A DNA stretch of 64,000 nt from Eledone cirrhosa. Its lineage: Eukaryota. The notes under the pieces are model-generated. The model had not been told where the DNA came from. It was given only the letters and a program-made list of their open reading frames with translations, and ran no database searches. The DNA lies in the NCBI GenBank assembly GCA_964016885.1, contig OZ024743.1:131812001-131876000 (forward strand). Direction: 5' to 3'. Positions 50,070 to 61,800 of this stretch are shown here, in pieces (the first letter of the stretch is position 1; the number at the start of each line of letters is the position of its first letter). The translations under genes and the position numbers were made by a program.

Positions 50070-53000
50070 GTGTTTGGTGCTTGGTGCTTGTTGTTTGGTG
50101 TTTGGTGCTTGCTGCTTGCTGCTTGGTGTTTGTTGCTTGGTGTTTTGTGCTTGATGCTTGGTGTTTGTTGTTTGGTGCTAGGGGCTTAGTGCTTGGTGCT
50201 TGGTGTTTGGTGCTTGGTGCTTGCTGTTTGGTGTTTGGTGCTTGGTGCGTGGGACTTAGTGTTTGGTGTTTGGTGCTTGGTGTTTGGTGCTTGGTGTTTG
50301 GTGCTTGGTGTTTGGGGCTTGGTGTTCGGTGCTTGGTGCCTGGTGCTTGGGGCTTGGTGTTTGGCGTTTAGTGCTTGGTGCTTGGTGTTTGATGTTGGGT
50401 GCTTGGTGCTTGGTGTTTGGTGTTTGGTGCTTGGTGTTTGGTGTTTGGTGCTTGGTGCTTGGTGTTGGTGTTTGGTGCTTGGTGCTTGGGGATTGGTGTT
50501 TGGTGCTTGGTGCTTGGTGTTTGGTGTTTGGTGCTTGGTGCTTGGGGCTTGGTGTTTGGTGCTTGGTGCTTTGTGCTTGGTGTTTAGTGTTTGGTGTTTG
50601 GTGCTTGGTGTTTGGTGCTTGGTGCTTGGTGCTGGGTGGTTGGTGTTTGGTGCTTGGTGCTTGGTGTTTGGTGCTTGGTGCTTGGTGCTTGTTGTTTGGT
50701 GCTTGGTGCTTGGTGCTTGGTCTTTGGTGCTTGGAGTTTGGTGGTTGGTGCTTGGTGCTTGGTGTTTGGTGTTTGGTGTTTGCTGTTTGGTGTCTGCTTT
50801 TTGGTATTTAGTGTTTGCTGTATGGTGTTTGCTGTTTCGTATTTGGTGCTTGGTGTTTCGTGCTTGGTGTCTAGTGTTTGGGTTTTGGTGTTTGGTGCTT
50901 GGTGCTTAGTGTTTGGTGTTTGTGCTTGGTGGTTGGTGTTTGGTGTTTGGTGCTTGGTGTTTGGTGCTTGGTGCATTGTGCCTGCTGTTTGGTGCTGGGT
51001 GTATGGTGTTTGGTGCTTGGTGCTTGGTGCTTGGTGTTTGATGCTGCGTGCTTGGTGTTTGGTGTTTGGTGCTTGGTGCTTGGTGTTTGGTGATTGGAGC
51101 TTGGTGCCTGGTGCTTGTTGTTTGGTGCCTGGTGCTTGTTGGTTGGTGTTTGGTGCTTGGTGCTTGGTGTTTGGTGCTTGGTGCTTGGTGCTTGGTGTTT
51201 GGTGCTTGGTGCTTGGTGTTTGGTGCTTGGTGCTTGGTGCTTGGTGCTTGGTGTTAGGTGTTTGGTGCTTGGTGCTTGGTGTTTGATGTTTGGTCCTTGG
51301 TGCTTGGTGTTTGGTGTTTGGTGCTTGGTGCTTGGTGTTTGGTGTTTGGTGCCTGTTGCTTGGTGTTTGGTGCTTGCTGCTTGCTGCTTGGGTTTTGGTG
51401 CTTGGTGATTGGTGCTTGGTGTTTTGCGCTTGGTGTTTGCTGTATGGTGTTTGCTGTTTCGTGTTTGGTGTTTGCTGTTTGGTGTTTAATGCTTGGTGCT
51501 TGGAGCTTGGTGTTTGGTGCTTGGTGCTTGGTGCTTGGTGCTTGGTGCTTGGTGCTTGGTGCTTGGTGCTTGGTGTTTGATGCTGCGTTCTTGGTGTTTG
51601 GTGTTTGGTGCTTGGTGCTTGGTGTTTGGTGATTGGAGCTTGGTGACTGGTGCTTGTTGTTTGGTGCCTGGTGCTTGTTGTTTGGTGTTTGGTGCTTGGT
51701 GCTTGGTGTTTGGTGCTTGGTGCTTGGTGCTTGGTGTTTGGTGCTTGGTGCTTGGTGTTTGGTGCTTGGTGCTTGGTGCTTGGTGCTTGGTGTTAGGGGT
51801 TTAGTGCTTGGTGCTTGGTGTTTGATGTTTGGTCCTTGGTGCTTGGTGTTTGGTGTTTGGTGCTTGGTGCTTGGTGTTTGGTGTTTGGTGCTTGGTGCTT
51901 GGTGCTTGGTGTTTTGTGTTTGGAGTTTGGTGCTTGGTGTTTGGTGCTTCGGTCTTGGTGCTTGGTGTTTGGTGCTTGGTGTTTGGTGCTTGGTGCTTGG
52001 TGCCTGGTGCTTGGTGTTAGGTGTTTGGTGCTTGGTGCTTGGTGTTTGATGTTTGGTCCTTGGTGCTTGGTGTTTGGTGTTTGGTGCTTGGTGTGTGGTG
52101 TTTGTTGTTTGGTGCTTGGTGCTTGGTGTTTGGTGCTTGCTGCTTGCTGCTTGGGTTTTGGTGCTTGGTGATTGGTGCTTGGTGTTTTGCGCTTGGTGCT
52201 TGGTGTTTGGTGTTTGGTGTTTGGTGCTTGGTGCTTGGTGCTTGGTGCTTGGTGTTTGGTGCTGCGTGCTTGGTGTTTGGTGTCTGGAGTTTGGTGCTTG
52301 GTGCTTGTTGCCTGGTGTTTCGTGCTTGGTGCTTAGTGCTTGGTGTTTGGTGCTTGGTGTTTGGTGTTTGGTACTTGGTACTTGGTGTTTGGTGCTTGGT
52401 GCCTGGTGCTTGGTGTTTGGTGCTTGGTGCTTGGTGTTTGGTGATTGGTGCTTGGTGTTTGGTGATTGGTGCTTGATGCTTGGTGCTTGGTGTTAGGTGT
52501 TAGGTGCTTGGTGCTTGGTGTTTGATGTTTGGTCCTTGGTGCTTGGTGTTTGGTGTTTGGTGCTTGGTGCTTGTTGTTTGGTGTTTGGTGCTTGCTGCTT
52601 GCTGCCTGGTGTTTGTTGCTTGGTGTTTTGTGCTTGATGCTTGGTGTTTGTTGTTTGGTGCTAGGGGCTTAGTGCTTGGTGCTTGGTGTTTGGTGCTTGG
52701 TGCTTGCTGTTTGGTGTTTGGTGCTTGGTGCGTGGGACTTAGTGTTTGGTGTTTGGTGCTTGGTGTTTGGTGCTTGGTGTTTGGTGCTTGGTGTTTGGGG
52801 CTTGGTGTTCGGTGCTTGGTGCCTGGTGCTTGGGGCTTGGTGTTTGGTGTTTGGTGCTTGGTGCTTGGTGTTTGATGTTGGGTCCTTGGTGCTTGGTGTT
52901 TGGTGTTTGGTGCTTGGTGTTTGGTGTTTGGTGCTTGGTGCTTGGTGTTGGTGTTTGGTGCTTGGTGCTTGGGGCTTGGTGTTTGGTGCTTGGTGCTTGG

Positions 53001-56000
53001 TGTTTGGTGTTTGGTGCTTGGTGCTTGGGGCTTGGTGTTTGGTGCTTGGTGCTTTGTGCTTGGTGTTTAGTGTTTGGTGTTTGGTGCTTGGTGTTTGGTG
53101 CTTGGTGCTTGGTGCTGGGTGGTTGGTGTTTGGTGCTTGGTGCTTGGTGTTTGGTGCTTGGTGCTTGGTGCTTGGTGCTTGGTCTTTGGTGCTTGGAGTT
53201 TGGTGGGTGGTGCTTGGTGCATGGTGTTTGGTGTTTGGTGTTTGCTGTTTGGTGTCTGCTTTTTGGTATTTAGTGTTTGCTGTATGGTGTTTGCTGTTTC
53301 GTATTTGGTGCTTGGTGTTTGGTGCTTGGTGCTTGGTGTTTGGCGTTTGGTGCTTGGTGCTTGGTGTTTGGTGCTTGGTACTTGGTGTTTGGTGTTTGGT
53401 GCTTGGTGCCTGGTGCTTGTTGTTTGGTGTTTGGTGCTTGGTGCTTGGTGTTTGGTGTTTGGTGCTTGGTGTCTGGTGTTTGGTGCTTGGTGTTTGGTGT
53501 TTGGTGCTTGGTGCTTGGTGTTGGTGTTTGGTGTTTGGTGCTTGGTGCTTGGTGTTTGGTGTTTGGTGCTGGGTGCTTGGAGTTTGGTGCTTGGTGTTTG
53601 GTGCTTAGTGCTTGGTGTTTGGTGTTTGGTGCTTGCTGTTTGGTGTTTGGTGTTTGATGCTTGGTTTTTGCTGCTTGTTGCTTGGTGCTTGGTGCTTGGT
53701 GTTCTGTGTTTGGTGCTTGGTGCTTGGTGCCTGGTGCTTGGTGCTTGGTGCTTGTTGTTTGGTGCTTGGTGCTTGGTGGTTAGTGTTTGGTGTTTGGTGC
53801 TTGGTGCTTGTTGTTTGGTGTTTGGTGCTTGCTGCTTGCTGCTTGGTGTTTGTTGCTTGGTGTTTTGTGCTTGATGCTTGGTGTTTGTTGTTTGGTGCTA
53901 GGGGCTTAGTGCTTGGTGCTTGGTGTTTGGTGCTTGGTGCTTGCTGTTTGGTGTTTGGTGCTTGGTGCGTGGGACTTAGTGTTTGGTGTTTGGTGCTTGG
54001 TGTTTGGTGCTTGGTGTTTGGTGCTTGGTGTTTGGGGCTTGGTGTTCGGTGCTTGGTGCCTGGTGCTTGGGGCTTGGTGTTTGGCGTTTAGTGCTTGGTG
54101 CTTGGTGTTTGATGTTGGGTGCTTGGTGCTTGGTGTTTGGTGTTTGGTGCTTGGTGTTTGGTGTTTGGTGCTTGGTGCTTGGTGTTGGTGTTTGGTGCTT
54201 GGTGCTTGGGGATTGGTGTTTGGTGCTTGGTGCTTGGTGTTTGGTGTTTGGTGCTTGGTGCTTGGGGCTTGGTGTTTGGTGCTTGGTGCTTTGTGCTTGG
54301 TGTTTAGTGTTTGGTGTTTGGTGCTTGGTGTTTGGTGCTTGGTGCTTGGTGCTGGGTGGTTGGTGTTTGGTGCTTGGTGCTTGGTGTTTGGTGCTTGGTG
54401 CTTGGTGCTTGTTGTTTGGTGCTTGGTGCTTGGTGCTTGGTCTTTGGTGCTTGGAGTTTGGTGGTTGGTGCTTGGTGCTTGGTGTTTGGTGTTTGGTGTT
54501 TGCTGTTTGGTGTCTGCTTTTTGGTATTTAGTGTTTGCTGTATGGTGTTTGCTGTTTCGTATTTGGTGCTTGGTGTTTCGTGCTTGGTGTCTAGTGTTTG
54601 GGTTTTGGTGTTTGGTGCTTGGTGCTTAGTGTTTGGTGTTTGTGCTTGGTGGTTGGTGTTTGGTGTTTGGTGCTTGGTGTTTGGTGCTTGGTGCATTGTG
54701 CCTGCTGTTTGGTGCTGGGTGTATGGTGTTTGGTGCTTGGTGCTTGGTGCTTGGTGTTTGATGCTGCGTGCTTGCTGTTTGGTGTTTGGTGCTTGGTGCT
54801 TGGTGTTTGGTGATTGGAGCTTGGTGCCTGGTGCTTGTTGTTTGGTGCCTGGTGCTTGTTGGTTGGTGTTTGGTGCTTGGTGCTTGGTGTTTGGTGCTTG
54901 GTGCTTGGTGCTTGGTGTTTGGTGCTTGGTGCTTGGTGTTTGGTGCTTGGTGCTTGGTGCTTGGTGCTTGGTGTTAGGTGTTTGGTGCTTGGTGCTTGGT
55001 GTTTGATGTTTGGTCCTTGGTGCTTGGTGTTTGGTGTTTGGTGCTTGGTGCTTGGTGTTTGGTGTTTGGTGCTTGCTGCTTGGTGCTTGGTGTTTGGTGC
55101 TTGGTGTTTGGTGTTTGGTGTTTGGTGCTTGGTGCTTGGTGTTTGGTGCTTGCTGCTTGCTGCTTGGGTTTTGGTGCTTGGTGATTGGTGCTTGGTGTTT
55201 TGCGCTTGGTGTTTGCTGTATGGTGTTTGCTGTTTCGTGTTTGGTGTTTGCTGTTTGGTGTTTAATGCTTGGTGCTTGGAGCTTGGTGTTTGGTGCTTGG
55301 TGCTTGGTGCTTGGTGCTTGGTGCTTGGTGCTTGGTGCTTGGTGCTTGGTGTTTGATGCTGCGTTCTTGGTGTTTGGTGTTTGGTGCTTGGTGCTTGGTG
55401 TTTGGTGATTGGAGCTTGGTGACTGGTGCTTGTTGTTTGGTGCCTGGTGCTTGTTGTTTGGTGTTTGGTGCTTGGTGCTTGGTGTTTGGTGCTTGGTGCT
55501 TGGTGCTTGGTGTTTGGTGCTTGGTGCTTGGTGTTTGGTGCTTGGTGCTTGGTGCTTGGTGCTTGGTGTTAGGGGTTTAGTGCTTGGTGCTTGGTGTTTG
55601 ATGTTTGGTCCTTGGTGCTTGGTGTTTGGTGTTTGGTGCTTGGTGCTTGGTGTTTGGTGTTTGGTGCTTGGTGCTTGGTGCTTGGTGTTTTGTGTTTGGA
55701 GTTTGGTGCTTGGTGTTTGGTGCTTCGGTCTTGGTGCTTGGTGTTTGGTGCTTGGTGTTTGGTGCTTGGTGCTTGGTGCCTGGTGCTTGGTGTTAGGTGT
55801 TTGGTGCTTGGTGCTTGGTGTTTGATGTTTGGTCCTTGGTGCTTGGTGTTTGGTGTTTGGTGCTTGGTGTGTGGTGTTTGTTGTTTGGTGCTTGGTGCAT
55901 GGTGTTTGGTGCTTGCTGCTTGCTGCTTGGGTTTTGGTGCTTGGTGATTGGTGCTTGGTGTTTTGCGCTTGGTGCTTGGTGTTTGGTGTTTGGTGTTTGG

Positions 56001-57460
56001 TGCTTGGTGCTTGGTGCTTGGTGCTTGGTGTTTGGTGCTGCGTGCTTGGTGTTTGGTGTCTGGAGTTTGGTGCTTGGTGCTTGTTGCCTGGTGTTTCGTG
56101 CTTGGTGCTTAGTGCTTGGTGTTTGGTGCTTGGTGTTTGGTGTTTGGTACTTGGTACTTGGTGTTTGGTGCTTGGTGCCTGGTGCTTGGTGTTTGGTGCT
56201 TGGTGCTTGGTGTTTGGTGATTGGTGCTTGGTGTTTGGTGATTGGTGCTTGATGCTTGGTGCTTGGTGTTAGGTGTTAGGTGCTTGGTGCTTGGTGTTTG
56301 ATGTTTGGTCCTTGGTGCTTGGTGTTTGGTGTTTGGTGCTTGGTGCTTGTTGTTTGGTGTTTGGTGCTTGCTGCTTGCTGCCTGGTGTTTGTTGCTTGGT
56401 GTTTTGTGCTTGATGCTTGGTGTTTGTTGTTTGGTGCTAGGGGCTTAGTGCTTGGTGCTTGGTGTTTGGTGCTTGGTGCTTGCTGTTTGGTGTTTGGTGC
56501 TTGGTGCGTGGGACTTAGTGTTTGGTGTTTGGTGCTTGGTGTTTGGTGCTTGGTGTTTGGTGCTTGGTGTTTGGGGCTTGGTGTTCGGTGCTTGGTACCT
56601 GGTGCTTGGGGCTTGGTGTTTGGTGTTTGGTGCTTGGTGCTTGGTGTTTGATGTTGGGTCCTTGGTGCTTGGTGTTTGGTGTTTGGTGCTTGGTGTTTGG
56701 TGTTTGGTGTTTGGTGCTTGGTGCTTGGGGCTTGGTGTTTGGTGCTTGGTGCTTGGTGTTTGGTGTTTGGTGCTTGGTGCTTGGGGCTTGGTGTTTGGTG
56801 CTTGGTGCTTTGTGCTTGGTGTTTAGTGTTTGGTGTTTGGTGCTTGGTGTTTGGTGTTGGTGCTTGGTGCTTGGTGCTTGGTCTTTGGTGCTTGGAGTTT
56901 GGTGGGTGGTGCTTGGTGCATGGTGTTTGGTGTTTGGTGTTTGCTGTTTGGTGTCTGCTTTTTGGTATTTAGTGTTTGCTGTATGGTGTTTGCTGTTTCG
57001 TATTTGGTGCTTGGTGTTTGGTGCTTGGTGCTTGGTGTTTGGCGTTTGGTGCTTGGTGCTTGGTGTTTGGTGCTTGGTGCTTGGTGTTTGGTGTTTGGTG
57101 CTTGGTGCCTGGTGCTTGTTGTTTGGTGTTTGGTGCTTGGTGCTTGGTGTTTGGTGTTTGGTGCTTGGTGTCTGGTGTTTGGTGCTTGGTGTTTGGTGTT
57201 TGGTGCTTGGTGCTTGGTGTTGGTGTTTGGTGTTTGGTGCTGGGTGCTTGGAGTTTGGTGCTTGGTGTTTGGTGCTTAGTGCTTGGTGTTTGGTGTTTGG
57301 TGCTTGCTGTTTGGTGTTTGGTGTTTGATGCTTGGTTTTTGCTGCTTGTTGCTTGGTGCTTGGTGCTTGGTGTTCTGTGTTTGGTGCTTGGTGCTTGGTG
57401 CCTGGTGCTTGGTGCTTGGTGCTTGTTGTTTGGTGCTTGGTGCTTGGTGGTTAGTGTTTG
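50070..57460 (+). repeat. Tandem duplication of a ~3.7-kb unit (offsets 3720, 3776, 3699, 3671)
   Basis: ORF pairs 50193/53913, 50584/54304, 51633/55409, 52504/56280, 53277/56976 and 53612/57283. The offset changes by +56, -77 and -28, all multiples of 7. Confidence 0.92.
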
Positions 57461-58099
57461 GTGCTTGGTGCTTGGTGTTTGGTGTTTCGTGTTTCGTGCT
57501 TGGTGTCTAGTGTTTGGGTTTTGGTGTTTGGTGCTTGGTGCTTAGTGTTTGGTGTTTGTGCTTGGTGCTTGGTGTTTGGTGTTTGGTGCTTGGTATTAGG
57601 TGCTTGGTGCTTTGTGCTTGCTGTTTGGTGCTGGGTGTATGTTGTTTGGTGCTTGGTGCTTGGTGCTTGGTGTTTGGTGTTTGGTGCTTGGTACTTGGTG
57701 TTTGGTGTTTGATGCTTGGTGTTTGATGCTTGTTGCTTGGTGCTTGATGTTTTGTGTTTGGTGTTTGGTGCTTGGTGTATGTACTTGGTGCTTGGTGCTT
57801 GGTGTTTGGTGCTTGGTTCTTGGTGCTTGGTGCTTGGTGCTTGGTGTTTGGTGCTTGGTGCTTGGTGTTTGGTGCTTGGTGTTTGGTGTTTGGTGCTTGG
57901 TGTTTGGTACTTGGTGCTTGGTGCTTGGTGTTAAGTGTTTGGTGCTTGGTGCTTGGTGTTTGGTGCTTCGTGCTTGGTGCTTGGTGTTTGGTGGATGGTG
58001 CTTGGTGTTTGGGGCTTGGTGCCTGGTGCTTTGTGTTTCGTGCTAGGTGCTTGGTGCTTGGTCTTCGGTGTTTGGTGCTTGGTGCTTGGTGCTTGGGGT

Positions 58100-58865
58100 T
58101 TGGTGCTTGGTGCTTGGTGCTTGGTTATTAGTGTTTGGTGCTTGGTGCTTGGGGTTTGGTGTTTGGTGCTTGGTGCTTTGTGTTTGGTGTTTGCTGTATG
58201 GTGTTTGCTGTTTCGTGTTTGGTGTTTGCTGTTTGGTGTTTAATGCTTGGTGCTTGGTGCTTGGTGTTTGGTGCTTGGTGCTTGGTGCTTGGTGTTTGGC
58301 GTTTGCTCTTTGCTGTTTGGTGTTTGGTGCTTGCTGTTTGGTGTTTGGTGTTTGGTGTTTGGTGTTTGGTGCTTGCTGTTTGGTGCTTGGTGCTTGGTGT
58401 TTGGTGTTTGGTGCTTGGTGTGTGGTGTTAAGTGTTTGGTGCTTGGTGCTTGGTGTTTGGTGCTTCGTGCTTGGTGCTTGGTGTTTGGTGCATGGTGCTT
58501 GGTGTTTGGCGCTTGGTGCCTGGTGCTTTGTGTTTGGTGCTAGGTGCTTGGTGCTTGGTGTTTGGTGCTTGGTGCTTGGTGCTTGGTTATTAGTGTTTGG
58601 TGCTTGGTGCTTGGGGTTTGGTGTTTGGTGCTTGGTGCTTGGTGTTTGGTGTTTGCTGTATGGTGTTTGCTGTTTCGTGTTTGGTGTTTGCTGTTTGGTG
58701 TTTAATGCTTGGTGCTTGGTGCTTGGTGTTTGGTGCTTGGTGCTTGGTGCTTGGTGTTTGGCGTTTGCTCTTTGCTGTTTGGTGTTTGGTGCTTGCTGTT
58801 TGGTGTTTGGTGTTTGGTGTTTGGTGTTTGGTGCTTGCTGTTTGGTGCTTGGTGCTTGGTGTTTG
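58100..58865 (+). repeat. Local duplication, offset 462 bp (66 heptamers)
   Basis: ORF pairs 58135/58597 and 58247/58709. The cassette GGTTATTAG...GCTGTATGG...TTTAATG...GGCGTTTGCTC is repeated. Confidence 0.83.
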
Positions 58866-61800
58866 GTCTTTGGTGTTTGGTGCTTGGTGCTTGGTGTTTG
58901 GTGCTTGGTGCTTGGTGCTTGGTGCTGGGTGTTTGGTGCTTGGTGCTTGGTGTTTGGTGCTTGGTGCTTGATGCTTGGTGCTTGGTGTTTGGTCCTTGGT
59001 GCTTGGTGCTTGGTCTTTGGTACTTGGGGTTTGGTGTTTGGTGCTTGGTGCTTGGTGTTTGGTGCTTGGTGCTTGGTGCTTGGTGTTTGGTGTTTGGTGC
59101 TTGCTGCTTGGTGCTTGGTGTTTGGTGCTTGGTGCTTGGTGATTAGTGTTTGGTGCATGGTGCTTGGTGTTTGTTGTTTGGTGCTTGGTGCTTGGTGTTT
59201 GGTGCTTGGTGCTTGCTGTTTGGTGTTTAGTGTTTGGTGCTTGGTGCTTGGTGTTTGGTGTTTGGTGTTTGGTGTTTGGTGCTTGGTGCTTGGTGTTTGG
59301 AGCTTGGTGTTTGGTGCTTGGTGTATGTACTTGGTGCTTGGTGCTTGGTGTTTGGTGCTTGGTTCTTGGTGTTTGGTGCTTGGTGCTTGGTGCTTGGTGT
59401 TTGGTGCTTGGTGCTTGGTGTTTGGTACTTGGTGCTTGGTGTTTGGTGTTTGGTGTTTGGTGTTTGGTGCTTGGTGCTTGGTGCTTGGTGTTAAGTGTTG
59501 GGTGCTTGGTGCTTGGTGTTTGGTGCTTCGTGCTTGGTGCTTGGTGTTTGGTGCATGGTGCTTGATGTTTGGGGCTTGGTGCCTGGTGCTTGGTGTTTGG
59601 TGCTTGGTGCTTGGTGCTTGGTGTTTGGTGTTTGGTGCTTGGTGCTTGGTGTTTGGTGCTTGGTGCTTGGTGCTTGGTGTTCGGTGCTTGGTGCTAGGTG
59701 CTTGGTACTTGGTGTTAGGTTTTTGGTGCTTGGGGCTTGGTGTTTGATGTTTGGTCCTTGGTGCTTGGTGTTTGGTGTTTGGTGCTTGGTGCTTGGTGCT
59801 TGGTGTTTCGTGTTTGGTGCTTGCTGCTTGCTGCTTGGTGTTTGGTGCTTGGTGATTGGTGCTTGGTGTTTGGTGCTTGGTGGTTGGTGCTTGGTGTTTG
59901 GTGTTTGGTGCTAGGTGCTTGGTGCTTGGTGTTTGGTGCTTGGTGCTTGGTGTTTGGTGTTTGATGCTTGGTGCTTGTGGCTTGGTGTTTGGTGCTTGCT
60001 GCTTGGTGTTTGGTGCTTGCTGCTTGGTGTTTGTTGTTTGGTGTTTGGTGCTTGGTGTTTGGTGCTTGGTGCTTGGTGCTGGGTGGTTGATGTTTGGTGC
60101 TTGGTGCTTGGTGTTTGGTGCTTGGTGCTTGGTGCTTATTATTTGGTGCTTGGTGCTTGGTGCTTGGTGCTAGGTCTTTGGTGCTTGGTGTTTGGTGTTT
60201 GGTGTTTGGTGTTTGTGCTTGGTGCTTGGTGCTTGGTGTTTGGTGCTAGGTGCTTAACGCTTGGTGTTTGGTGCTTGGTGCTTGGTGCTTGGTGATTAGT
60301 GTTTGGTGATTGGTGCTTGGGGTTTGGTGTTTTGTGTTTGCTGTTTGGTGTATGCGGTTTGGTGTCTGCTTTTTGGTGTTTGGTGTTTGCTGTATGGTGT
60401 TTGCTGTTTTGTGTTTCGTGTTTGCTGTTTGGTGTTTGGTGCTTGGTGCTTGGTGCTTGGTGTTTGGTGCTTGGTGCTTGGTGCTTGGTGTTTGGCGTTT
60501 GCTGTTTGCTGTTTGGTGTTTGGTGTTTGCTGTTTGGTGTTTGCTGTTTGGTGTTTGGTGCTTGGTGCTTGGTGGCTGGTGTTCGGCGCTTGGTGTTTGG
60601 ATTTTGGTCCTTGGTGCTTGGTGCCTGGTGTTTCGTGCTTGGTGCTTGGTGTTTGGTGTTTGGTATTTGGTGCTTGGTGCTTGGTGCTTGGTGTTTGGTG
60701 GTTGGTGCTTGGTGCTTGGTGTTTAATGCTGCGTTCTTGGTGTTTGGTGTTTGGTGCTTGGTGCTTGGTGTTTGGTGATTGGAGCTTGGTGCCTGGTGCT
60801 TGTTGTTTGGTGCCTGGTGCTTGTTGTTTGGTGTTTGGTGCTTGGTGCTTGGTGTTTGGTGCTTGGTGCTTGGTGCTTGATGTTTGGTGCTTGGTGCTTG
60901 GTGTTTGGTGCTTGGTGCTTGGTGCTTGGTGCTTGGTGTTAGGTGGTTGGTGCTTGGTGCTTGGTGTTTGATGTTTGGTCCTTGGTGCTTGGTGTTTGGT
61001 GTTTGGTGCTTGGTGCTTGGTGTTTGGTGTTTTGTGTTTGGAGTTTGGTGCTTGCTGTTTGGTGCTTCGGGCTTGGTGCTTGGTGTTTGGTGCTTGGTGC
61101 TTGGTGTTTGGTGCTTGGTGCCTGGTGCTTGGCGTTTGGTGCTTGGTGCTTGGTGTTTGGTGATTGGTGCTTGGTGTTTGGTGCTTGGTGCTTGGTGCCT
61201 GGTGCTTGGTGTTAGGTGTTTGGTGCTTGGTGCTTGGTGTTTGATGTTTGGTCCTTGGTGCTTGGTGTTTGGTGTTTGGTGCTTGGTGTTTGGTGTTTGG
61301 TGTTTGGTGCTTGGTGCTTGGTGTTTGGTGCTTGCTGCCTGCTGCATGGGTTTTGGTGCTTGGTGATTGGTGCTTGGTGTTTTGCGCTTGGTGCTTGGTG
61401 TTTGGTGTTTGGTGTTTGGTGCTTGGTGCTGGGTGCTTGGTGCTTGGTGTTTGGTGCTGCGTGCTTGGTGTTTGGTGTCTGGAGTTTGGTGCTTGGTGCT
61501 TGGTGCCTGGTGTTTCGTGCTTGGTGCTTGGTGCTTGGTGTTTGGTGTTTGGTGCTTGGTGTTTCGTGCTTGGTGCCTGGTGCTTGGTGTTTGGTGCTTG
61601 GAGCTTGGTGTTTGGTAACAGGTGCTTGCTGTTTGGTGATTGGTGCTTGATGCTTGGTTCTTGGCGTTAGGTGTTTGGTGCTTGGTGCTTGGTGTTTGAT
61701 GTTTGGTCCTTGGTGCTTGGTGTTTGGTGTTTGGTGCTTGGTGCTTGTTGTTTGGTGTTTGGTGCTTGCTGCTTGCTGCTTGGTGTTTGGTGCTTGGTGT

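Noticed and set aside
51793-55574. Canonical TTAGGG hexamers at 51793 and 55569
   Set aside because: These are two isolated copies 3776 bp apart, i.e. one mutation duplicated with its block, not a telomeric tract.
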